Of a stretch of 43,985 nt of DNA, positions 9,059 to 17,422 are shown piece after piece (within the stretch, counting starts at the first letter, position 1; every line of letters begins with the position of its first letter). The notes beneath the pieces were generated by a model. The model had not been told where the DNA came from and made no database searches. It was given only the letters and a program-made list of their open reading frames with translations. The stretch is from Nanobdellota archaeon (GTDB lineage Archaea; Nanobdellota; Nanobdellia; Parvarchaeales; Parvarchaeaceae). The stretch covers positions 1 through 43,985 of the forward strand of contig JAJZJK010000003.1 of NCBI GenBank assembly GCA_021851145.1, given 5' to 3'. The position numbers were made by a program, and so were the translations under genes.

Positions 9059-9388
9059 TTATAAATGCTTTTTCAGCACTGCTAGAACGGCCTTTAAATC
9101 CTCTTCTTTTACGTTTAACTTTAATGGAGATATAACTGCCCTTATCTGATCAGAAGAAGTCGGTGATACGTCGATAATCATCCTTATATAATCGTCTCTT
9201 ATGTTAAGGTTAAGTCCGGATATCTCTTCGAATACGCTGTCAAAGTTGTCTATTTTTATGTTCTTTTGAACGTGGTCTATAAGCTTTTTACCCATTTCTG
9301 AACCCTTATCTACAAAATCCAAGTATTTCTCCTTAACTTCTGTTTCGCTCAAAAACTTTTCATCTATTATTTCGTATTCCATTTTCAA
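9059..9388 (-). CDS. rpo4: RNA polymerase subunit Rpo4 (RpoF)
   Basis: IIDEKFLS..EVK and IIDVSP...QIRAV pattern; synteny. Confidence 0.85.
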   Translation of the reverse strand: MKMEYEIIDEKFLSETEVKEKYLDFVDKGSEMGKKLIDHVQKNIKIDNFDSVFEEISGLNLNIRDDYIRMIIDVSPTSSDQIRAVISPLKLNVKEEDLKAVLAVLKKHL

Positions 9389-9678
9389 AGCCTCTTCATA
9401 TGAACTGGTAAAAGATCTATTCTTTTAAGACTTTTACCCTGTTGTTTTACTTCTACCGTATAGGCTTTACCTTTCTTTTCTATTATTTTACCAACTGAAC
9501 CGAAAAAACTCCTTTGGGGCAAATTCCTTTGAATCCTTGAATCAGGATCTACTATTATTTTATCCCCTACCTCAAAGGACTGCAATGCCTTCTTTATGTT
9601 TACTTTTCCTCTTTCTTTTATATCTAGCTTCAATCTCTTCCTTGAACGCTTGTGCAAACCATTTCCCGTTATTGACAT
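9385..9678 (-). CDS. rpl21e: 50S ribosomal protein L21e
   Basis: RSRKRL..RERGK, FEVGDKI, FFGSVGKI, PVHMK. Confidence 0.95.
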   Translation of the reverse strand: MSITGNGLHKRSRKRLKLDIKERGKVNIKKALQSFEVGDKIIVDPDSRIQRNLPQRSFFGSVGKIIEKKGKAYTVEVKQQGKSLKRIDLLPVHMKRL

Positions 9679-9727
9679 AATTCTATTTTATAAAGCCCCT
9701 TAGTATTTATACTTTTTTAATCGCATA

Positions 9728-9810
9728 TGCAGAGGGAGGGATTTGAACCCTCGAAGGCCTAAGCCATAAGGTCCTTAGCCTTACACGTTTGACCGCTTCG
9801 CTACCTCTGC
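9728..9810 (-). tRNA. trnL: tRNA-Leu with anticodon AAG (A34)
   Basis: GCAGAGG/CCTCTGC acceptor stem, TAAGG-CT AAG GA-CCTTA anticodon arm, long variable arm GGC-TTAG-GCC, A73. Confidence 0.93.
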
Positions 9811-9906
9811 ATCATAGTTTAAAAAGGGCTTATAATAAAACGCTTACTATTCATAATCTATTTATACTATAAAAATTGATTTATACACTTAAAACGATTT
9901 AAAACT

Positions 9907-11067
9907 ATGGTATTTAACATAATAATAGAGATTCTAATAGTATTAGCGAGTTCAATAATTATTGGAGAGCTATTTGAACAGCTTAAATTTCCTTCTGTTG
10001 TTGGTTACCTTATTGCAGGATTAATTATAGGGCCTTTTGTCTTTAATTTCATCCAGAATAACTTGGAATTGCAGGCTTTGTCATCAATTTCTCTTTTCTT
10101 TATAATATTTTTATTGGGAATCGAAATGAAAACAGAGTTGGTTATAAAATACCTTAAACCCTCGCTAAAAATGTCTGTTACTAGTTTTATTTTGCCTTTG
10201 CTTTTGTCTGTTTTACTTTCCGTTGTTTTACTGCACTTTGGATTGAGGCAAGACTTTATAGTTTCTTTGGCAATAGCAGTGCCATCTATATCAATAGTAT
10301 CTGTTCTTGTTATGAGATATAGACTCGCAAGAGACCCAAAAGGGGTAACAATAATAGGGTCAGTAGTAATAACGGATGTAATCGCATTTTTACTTTTGGG
10401 GATAACCTACAAAAGCGCATTAAATGCAATATTACTGGTTGTATACTTCGTAATTTTCCTTATGGTGTTTTTAAATGTGGATAAAATTCTGAATAGGGGG
10501 AGCGAAAAATTAAGAAAGCAACTAACAAAATCTAAAAAACTATTAAAAAGTGAACATTTTGGTTATGCAATGATAATAATCATAGGGCTATTAACTGGCG
10601 GTATATCCCAGTTAATAGGCGTAAACTATATAATAGGAGTTTTCTTTGCAGGATTAATCATACATGAAGGGTTGATAGGCAAGACCTTATTCAGAAAGGT
10701 TAGCAAAACAATAAAAAGGATGAATGATGGATTTTTTATACCTATTTTCTTTGGGATAGCAGGGATTGATGTCTCTTCATTTCATTCTCTTGAAATTTAT
10801 ATGCCTGCAATAATTACAATATCTGTCTTGGTTATTGTCTTCTCAATATTACTAAATTTCTTTTATTCCAAGAAGGCAATGAATGCAAAGACAAATAAAT
10901 GGAGAATAAAAATAAGTGCAATAATAAATGGAAGAGGCGCAGTGGGCATAGCAATTGCTACAGTTGCATTCGAGATAGGGGTTATAACTAACTCTGCTTA
11001 CTCTGTAGCAATACTGGCAACTATAATTATATCAATAATCGCAACATCACTTCTTAGAAATACCTAA
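9907..11067 (+). CDS. Cation:proton antiporter (CPA2 / KefB-like)
   Basis: PSVVGYLIAGLIIGP, VITDV, FFIPIFF, GRGAVG; about 12 TM segments. Confidence 0.9.
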   Translation: MVFNIIIEILIVLASSIIIGELFEQLKFPSVVGYLIAGLIIGPFVFNFIQNNLELQALSSISLFFIIFLLGIEMKTELVIKYLKPSLKMSVTSFILPLLLSVLLSVVLLHFGLRQDFIVSLAIAVPSISIVSVLVMRYRLARDPKGVTIIGSVVITDVIAFLLLGITYKSALNAILLVVYFVIFLMVFLNVDKILNRGSEKLRKQLTKSKKLLKSEHFGYAMIIIIGLLTGGISQLIGVNYIIGVFFAGLIIHEGLIGKTLFRKVSKTIKRMNDGFFIPIFFGIAGIDVSSFHSLEIYMPAIITISVLVIVFSILLNFFYSKKAMNAKTNKWRIKISAIINGRGAVGIAIATVAFEIGVITNSAYSVAILATIIISIIATSLLRNT

Positions 11068-11185
11068 AAATAATTATACAACTGAAATTTAAACATAAAA
11101 GCCTTGCTTTTCCTGAATATTGAAGTTTAGAGTCTTTTATAATCCAGTTTTATTTATAAATATATTCAAATAGATAGTATCAAAT

Positions 11186-11458
11186 ATGAGAATATCGGTT
11201 AATAATTTGGTTAATTATTATAAATCAATGATAAAACGTATAGATAATAACGCCATATTAACTTTTTACACGTATAAAAAAGACAGAGGTTTTTCAGTTA
11301 AGAAAGATAATGGCAAGTTACTAATTTCGGAATTTGGCTTTAAAAATCAGAATTTGTGTGTAGAAGAAAAAGATTCGGTAAAAATAATTAAAGGCATAAC
11401 AAAATTAGAGTTTCCAAGAAGTCACGAGATCTTTGTTAGCACCCACAATGAAAATTAA
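11186..11458 (+). CDS. Small hypothetical protein
   Basis: 90-aa ORF with TATA-like box about 25-30 nt upstream; TYKKDR...EFPRS. Confidence 0.6.
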   Translation: MRISVNNLVNYYKSMIKRIDNNAILTFYTYKKDRGFSVKKDNGKLLISEFGFKNQNLCVEEKDSVKIIKGITKLEFPRSHEIFVSTHNEN

Positions 11459-11624
11459 TTATGTATGTGTTAGTATCTTTTTAGAGTGCTTAATTCTCGT
11501 TATTAAACTAAAAGAATTTGTAATACTCACTGATTTAATGTGATATTTTCTCTATTTGAGTCTCTGTTTTAATTATTCAATAAAAGCCATTTTTGAGCAT
11601 ATTAACTTCCTTACTATTATTATT

Positions 11625-11698
11625 TGGGGTGGCTGGGATTTGAACCCAGGTCAACTAACCCCCGAAGCTAGCATCATACCAAGCTAGATCACCACCCC
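11625..11698 (-). tRNA. trnP: tRNA-Pro(CGG)
   Basis: GGGGTGG/CCACCCC acceptor stem; CTAGC-TT CGG GG-GTTAG; CTGGG-TTCAAAT-CCCAG. Confidence 0.95.
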
Positions 11699-11722
11699 TT
11701 TTCAAATAACTAATATACGGTT

Positions 11723-12733
11723 CTAATTAATCTTTTTGTACTGTGGATATGTGCCCAAACTCATTATTACGCTATCTGTTTTAACAGCTATTCCTTTTTT
11801 AAAGATCTTTATTTCCTCTGCTGACAATACAGATCTGCCAAGTGCTATCAATTCACCTTTCAATGTCATTATCCCCACTACTTCATCTTTTTCGAAATTA
11901 GTGAATTTAACTATACCGGGGACAGCAAGAGGTGAACCATGACAGATTGGATCTACTGCCCCATCAGAGATGAAAAGCTTTGGCAAAAAGTCTACCGCTG
12001 ACTCTATGCTGCCTAAACATTTGTTCAATAGTCTATCATCGTTTTCTTTTTCATAAAAATAAACCGCATCCTCTAAATCCTGTAATGTAACTAAATTATC
12101 TTTTTCTGATAATGTTGAAACCTTTGTTCTTCTTAATTCAGTCATGTGCGCACCTATTTTTAACTCTTCCCCCATGTCGTGTATAAGCTTCCTTATGTAT
12201 GTTCCAGATTCTACTCCAACTTTAAAAAGAACATCCTTCCCATTTATTTCTAATATATTAGAATAATAGATTTCTCTCTCCCTATACTGCCGCTTAACAT
12301 GAGACCTGACCGGCGGAAGTTGCATTATTTTTCCTATAAATTTGTTGAACGTATCTCTAAGTAATTGCTCATCAACTTCACTATGCAGATGCATCAGAGC
12401 TATGTATTCCTTTCCTCCAAAAAGAAGCACTGGGAGAACCTTTGTAGCGTTATTTATAGCTAATGGCAAAAGACCAGTTACGTTGGGATTTCTTCAATGT
12501 TCTAAAGTCCCTGAGTAACCCATCTTCTTTGCACCTAATACGGCCATAAGATTCTTGGCTATGTAGGCTGCGGTTTTAGACCTTATACCTGCTGGCTTAT
12601 CCAAAAGTACAAAACCGTAGTTTATCCTCTCCGGTATACTTCTATCCTTTGGAGCTTTACCGTATCTGCTGTCGGTTTCTTCCTCTCTCAAGGAAAAAAT
12701 TTCATGCTTGAAATCCTCCAAAGGCAGTTTCAT
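11723..12733 (-). CDS. cbf5: Cbf5 (TruB family) RNA-guided pseudouridine synthase, intron-containing: join(12733..12502,12489..11723), 332 aa
   Basis: Exon 1: GFVLLDKPAG...GYSGTL; exon 2: PNVTGLLP, KEY, QLPPVRSHVKR, SGTYIRKL.HD.G, HMTELRRT and PUA domain; removing 12 nt restores the catalytic TLDP. Confidence 0.93.
12490..12501 (-). other. 12-nt archaeal BHB/BHL-type mRNA intron in cbf5
   Basis: GGGA-CTTT-AG|AACATT-GAAG-AA|A-TCCC: GGGA/TCCC outer helix, CTTT/GAAG 4-bp central helix, AAA bulge; contains in-frame TGA; splits the Asp codon G|AT. Confidence 0.88.
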
Positions 12734-12838
12734 TCAATTAAATCATATGTTTAAAGATTAAAGCTTTACTTTTTTTCTTTTAGTATTACAAATAACAATA
12801 ACCTCACAAAAATGCATTTGACTCTAAAATTTATTTAA

Positions 12839-13393
12839 TTACTTTTTCCCTTGATCCATTATAAAGTCTGAACATATTTGAATAACGCTGTTTAAGTCCA
12901 TATTTGAAGAATCTATAACTAGATTGAATGGAGTAAAATCCTTATCTATCTCTATTTTATATATTTTTTTGTAGATATTTTTTGTGAGAGTGTCTTTTTG
13001 CCTCATAAACTTTGAAGCTTCACTTAGACTTATTTTGTCGCGCATGCTTACTCTTTTTGCTCTTACATATTCATCTGCCTTTATGTAGATTTTTATGGTC
13101 TCTTTGTCCTTTATCTTCCATGGAGCTACCCAGCTGTCCAAAACCACATCACTTTTCGATTTAAAGTAAGAAAGAATAAAAGAATCAAGTTTTTTATCAT
13201 ACTGGGGATTATTTAATCTGAATTTTACTGCATCTATGCCTTTTTTTGATTCCCAAACCATAAAATCCTTCTTTGGAAGAAGCTTTCTTAATTTTGAACT
13301 GGCAGAAAAATATTCAACTCCAAAATTAAGAGCAAGGCTCGTAGCAACGCTTGATTTACCAGACGCTGTAAGACCTGAAACTATTACTTTCAT
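12839..13393 (-). CDS. cmk: Cytidylate kinase, archaeal type
   Basis: SGLTASGKS P-loop, KIYIKA...RAKRV..RD, LVIDSS; conserved position upstream of cbf5. Confidence 0.88.
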   Translation of the reverse strand: MKVIVSGLTASGKSSVATSLALNFGVEYFSASSKLRKLLPKKDFMVWESKKGIDAVKFRLNNPQYDKKLDSFILSYFKSKSDVVLDSWVAPWKIKDKETIKIYIKADEYVRAKRVSMRDKISLSEASKFMRQKDTLTKNIYKKIYKIEIDKDFTPFNLVIDSSNMDLNSVIQICSDFIMDQGKK

Positions 13394-13395
13394 GA

Positions 13396-16300
13396 TTAAT
13401 TAATAGGTGTATTATTTATAAGTTTACTGTAGTTTCCAAATGCAGCCGGTAAATAACTAAGATTATCACAGTAATTCTGTGCTGAAGGTGAAACTGAACA
13501 TTCTCCAGTAAGCATGTATTTACTTAATGCAGTATAATTTATCTTATAAACATTTACATTTGTAATTACTTGATTTTCTATGCTTAAAAGCGAGTTAACT
13601 GGCAAGTTATCGCTGTATAACAATGTGAATCCAGGAACGCTTTCATTTAGTAAGTAAAGCTTGTCAAATAGTGTATTAAGAGTTTCATTTGGCATATACA
13701 GCAAAGCGGGTTGATTTCCAAACTGTGACATGTTTATTGGAAGTACTTCATAACCACCAGGTGCTTGAGTATAACCTCCAATGTGAAGATTTACTTCATT
13801 TGTGGCATTCAAAAGCATCATTCCACCAGGAATACCACTGTTTGTAACTTCTTTACAGCCTACACTATACACACAATTGTAATCCAATGGTAATGGGGAT
13901 GAAAATTGATCTGTAAGTTCATTATAGATTATACCATAAGGATTACCCATACTTGTAATTGTGCCAGTACTACTTGCATTTAGTGGTATTACTACCTCTA
14001 CAAGAAGGTCATTGTTTGCATTACCTGGCAAGCTGCTTATTGTCGTATTTGAATAAAGCGGTGAAATTTGACCATTCACATCTCCGAATTCCAGCAGGTA
14101 TTTGTAGCTTTCATTTCCTATATTTTGGCTATTTACAGTAACATTGTTTTCTGTCATAGGCGTAAAAGAGGTTGGTTCCAACGCTATAGTTGAGATTGCA
14201 GAGAATTTCTCCACCTCACTACCGCTTATTACCGCGTAGGTAGGCTCATGAATAAAATGCAAGTATGTGGAATAAACGTAAGGGGAGGTTGATTCGAAAA
14301 AGTACTTAGCTATCATAGACTGATAGCCATACGCATTACTTCCATCTGCTACAGCAGTTCTATTTGCTATTGCTTCTTCCCAGTAACCATAATCCCACCA
14401 AGAGATTATTGAGGTGTTAACAGGCGTATTCTGGCTGATCCACTGCATTGTAGGCCCCCATAACAATAAACCGCTTCCACTTGACTGTGCAGTTTGATAA
14501 GACAAAGAGAGACTAGAGTTAAGATCTGCTGCAACGAAAGCAATTGCTATTATTATAATAATTGCTGAAACAATCATCATATTCTTAGGTGAATTCTTAA
14601 AGAATCTATTTGTTAAGTTTATAGACCCCTTAAAGAAATAAACTATTGCAAAAGGTATTATTATCGCAGCACCCAACTCTGTAGGCTCCAATAATCTGCT
14701 TTCAACATTTGAAAGTATAACTGTAGCTACAAAGAAAAATAAAGGAATTATAGCAAGTAAAGATATCAAGTTTACATCCTCCTGTTTATCAAATGCAAAC
14801 TCCAGTATAAGTATGACTGCAAGAGCTACTGCCCCATATTTATAATTATTTGCTGAGGAGTTCATTGTCCATATGACAATAAGCATTATCAATGAGATTA
14901 ACGTGAGAAACAGAACCACACTTAACAATCTTTTTGATTCTATTTCATTTTTATGCAAAAATAGGTAACCTAAAGGTATGAAATCCAGAGCTATGAATAT
15001 AAACAGAAACGAATAAGAAGTAGCATTATAACTAAATGTGCCCCCATTTAGCATTAACAGGAATGGCACACTTAACAAGAAAGGAATATACCAGTGCTTA
15101 AATCGTTTTAGTACAATATAAAGAAGGAAAACTGCACCAGCACAGAACAAAAGGAAATTTATGCCTATAGAACCCACAAGAAAGTTAAAGTCTTGCACCC
15201 TTTGTGTCAAATCTAGAGGAGCATATTCTGCAATAGTTTGGGTTACAGGATTTACAATACCTACTCCCAATGGATGAATAAATTCAGATGAAACGCTTGA
15301 TAAGGCATGCTTTAATGTATTTAAACCAGTAAGTGCAACTACAACAAAAGATATTATTATACTGTATATTGCTATTGAAAAACCATTATTTATGAGAGGT
15401 ATTTTAAGTTTATGTTTGTAACGATCATATATTATTAATTTGAATAGAACTAGAACGTAAGCAAACAACATAGGGTAATAAAGAGCGCTATGTATAACAT
15501 CCGAGAATGTAAAGGTTACGAAGCTAACTTTTATTGGAATCCATATTGCAAACAAGATATAAGCAAATAAGTCTCCCTTTTTAGCATATCCAAGTAAAAT
15601 GATTATTATATAGATAACTGGAATTAAAAGAATTAAGTATTCACTATAACCGCTTGCGGCAGTTGCTAAACCTGTAGCTATCCCTGTTGCTAGCCCGTAA
15701 ATCATTTTACTCCTTGTCCTTTTGGACTTAAGAGACTTCGATAGGAAGAATATTGCTAGTAATATAAACATAAAACCTAGAGAGGTCTTCTGAGTAAAAC
15801 CTGCAGTAGAACGACTTAAGAAGGTAAGAAAGGCAGGCAAGATAAATGCACTTATACTTGCCATCCAGTAATCACCAAACAACTCTAAAACTATAAGGAA
15901 AAGAAGTAAAGCCGAGAATATTGCAAAAACAGCAGGCAAAAACATAAAAGAAGTCATAGGTACTGCGCCTTTTACTATTGGATCTATAAGCCTTGCAGAG
16001 TATGCTCCGAAGAAGGATACCATAAGCTCATCAGTCCTAGAAGGCAAACCTATCGGCAAGTACTCTAAATAATTTACTGCTGGAACGTTCCCAGTCTTAA
16101 GAACATTCTGCATTTGTATATAAAATGTATATGGGTCTAAACCAGAAAGGGAACCCCCCATACCCAAATAATTATTTCCTATTAATGGCGAATTTGACTG
16201 CAAAGGGTTTAACAATGCAGGAACGCTTGCAACATGTACGTACCAGCCAATTGTTACGGCAAGTATAAGAATCAAGTAAAAAAGAACCTTCTTCTTTATA

Positions 16301-16572
16301 AGTATATTATAAGCAGCATTGCCAAAGGTTTTGAAACCCGCTAGATTTAATTCTATTTCAACTTCACTTACTTTTTTCTTAGAAGCTTCTTCCTTTACGT
16401 TCTCCAGCTTTTGGGCCTCTTCTCTTAAACTTTTTAACTTTTCCTCTTCTGTCTTGATGTCTGTCTCTTCTTTTTTTATTTGAATTTCTTCCTTTTTTAT
16501 CTCTTGTTCTACCTTCCTTTCATCCTTGGAAGCTTCTTCTTTTATTCTCTTAAGTTCATCATCTTCGGCCAT
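13396..16572 (-). CDS. aglB: Oligosaccharyltransferase AglB (STT3)
   Basis: SWWDYGYW, GLDPY, TIAEY, RTAVADG; multiple TM segments. Confidence 0.95.
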   Translation of the reverse strand: MAEDDELKRIKEEASKDERKVEQEIKKEEIQIKKEETDIKTEEEKLKSLREEAQKLENVKEEASKKKVSEVEIELNLAGFKTFGNAAYNILIKKKVLFYLILILAVTIGWYVHVASVPALLNPLQSNSPLIGNNYLGMGGSLSGLDPYTFYIQMQNVLKTGNVPAVNYLEYLPIGLPSRTDELMVSFFGAYSARLIDPIVKGAVPMTSFMFLPAVFAIFSALLLFLIVLELFGDYWMASISAFILPAFLTFLSRSTAGFTQKTSLGFMFILLAIFFLSKSLKSKRTRSKMIYGLATGIATGLATAASGYSEYLILLIPVIYIIIILLGYAKKGDLFAYILFAIWIPIKVSFVTFTFSDVIHSALYYPMLFAYVLVLFKLIIYDRYKHKLKIPLINNGFSIAIYSIIISFVVVALTGLNTLKHALSSVSSEFIHPLGVGIVNPVTQTIAEYAPLDLTQRVQDFNFLVGSIGINFLLFCAGAVFLLYIVLKRFKHWYIPFLLSVPFLLMLNGGTFSYNATSYSFLFIFIALDFIPLGYLFLHKNEIESKRLLSVVLFLTLISLIMLIVIWTMNSSANNYKYGAVALAVILILEFAFDKQEDVNLISLLAIIPLFFFVATVILSNVESRLLEPTELGAAIIIPFAIVYFFKGSINLTNRFFKNSPKNMMIVSAIIIIIAIAFVAADLNSSLSLSYQTAQSSGSGLLLWGPTMQWISQNTPVNTSIISWWDYGYWEEAIANRTAVADGSNAYGYQSMIAKYFFESTSPYVYSTYLHFIHEPTYAVISGSEVEKFSAISTIALEPTSFTPMTENNVTVNSQNIGNESYKYLLEFGDVNGQISPLYSNTTISSLPGNANNDLLVEVVIPLNASSTGTITSMGNPYGIIYNELTDQFSSPLPLDYNCVYSVGCKEVTNSGIPGGMMLLNATNEVNLHIGGYTQAPGGYEVLPINMSQFGNQPALLYMPNETLNTLFDKLYLLNESVPGFTLLYSDNLPVNSLLSIENQVITNVNVYKINYTALSKYMLTGECSVSPSAQNYCDNLSYLPAAFGNYSKLINNTPIN

Positions 16573-16619
16573 AATTTAAATATATAGAGAAATTACTGCT
16601 TATTATTAAACCTTTCGAA

Positions 16620-17408
16620 TCAAAAATCCTGTGATTCAATGTCCCAAGAATCATGCTTCCAAAGCAAAAATTCCGGTTTATTCAAGAAAATAAAATGCTC
16701 AGGGTGAGCGATATACTCATCGTATATACTCTTCGAATAGTCCAAAAAAGGTATTTTCTCCGCATCAGTATGCTTAAGTGAAGTCTCCTTATAATTTTTA
16801 TTTACAACTATATTTCCGTTCTTAAGCAAGAAAAGCGCCCCTCCGCCCATTGCCTGAACAGATTTATAATCAGAATTAAAAGTAGAATTAACTAAATTAG
16901 CTTCTACCAATAAATCTTTTCCAACATTGATAGAGAAATGCCCGTAATTTGGAGGCATTATAACCTTATCACCTGCTTTTGCGTGAACAAGCTCTAAATC
17001 AAAACTGCCGTTATCATTTTTTTTCTGGAGCAAGTATACAACCTCCCCACTTATTACTTCATAAAGTTCCGGGTATGCAAGCCCGTTATCAACTAAAGGA
17101 TGATAATGGCCCAATGTCTTTGTGAATTCCCCTCCGAGATCATAATTTTCAATAACCGTTACATCATATCTTATGTTATGCGCAGAAAAAACTGTGGCAT
17201 TCTTTTCTACGCCTGCTGCTCTGTACATCCTATATATTATGTCGTTTTTATTCTTAGCGTTTATGAAATCCTTGTTGAATAGAACATCTTTCATTTCGCT
17301 AACTTTACGCACAGAAAAAGGTATTTCCTTGCCGTCTGCAAAGAGTTTTCTTTCTTTTTCATCGAATTCCAAGTCAACAGCTTTAACATTTAGTTTCATA
17401 TAATACAA
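16620..17408 (-). CDS. pgi: Cupin-type glucose-6-phosphate isomerase
   Basis: RYDVTVI, EFTKTLGHYHP, YPELYEV, PPNYGH. Confidence 0.88.
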   Translation of the reverse strand: MYYMKLNVKAVDLEFDEKERKLFADGKEIPFSVRKVSEMKDVLFNKDFINAKNKNDIIYRMYRAAGVEKNATVFSAHNIRYDVTVIENYDLGGEFTKTLGHYHPLVDNGLAYPELYEVISGEVVYLLQKKNDNGSFDLELVHAKAGDKVIMPPNYGHFSINVGKDLLVEANLVNSTFNSDYKSVQAMGGGALFLLKNGNIVVNKNYKETSLKHTDAEKIPFLDYSKSIYDEYIAHPEHFIFLNKPEFLLWKHDSWDIESQDF

Positions 17409-17422
17409 ATACTACAGTAACT

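Noticed and set aside
11723-12733. cbf5 as a pseudogene, a two-subunit split gene, or UGA readthrough/selenocysteine
   Set aside because: Readthrough would give TLEH*RNP with no catalytic Asp, and a split would also lose it; a precise BHB-guided 12-nt excision restores it and both halves are otherwise intact
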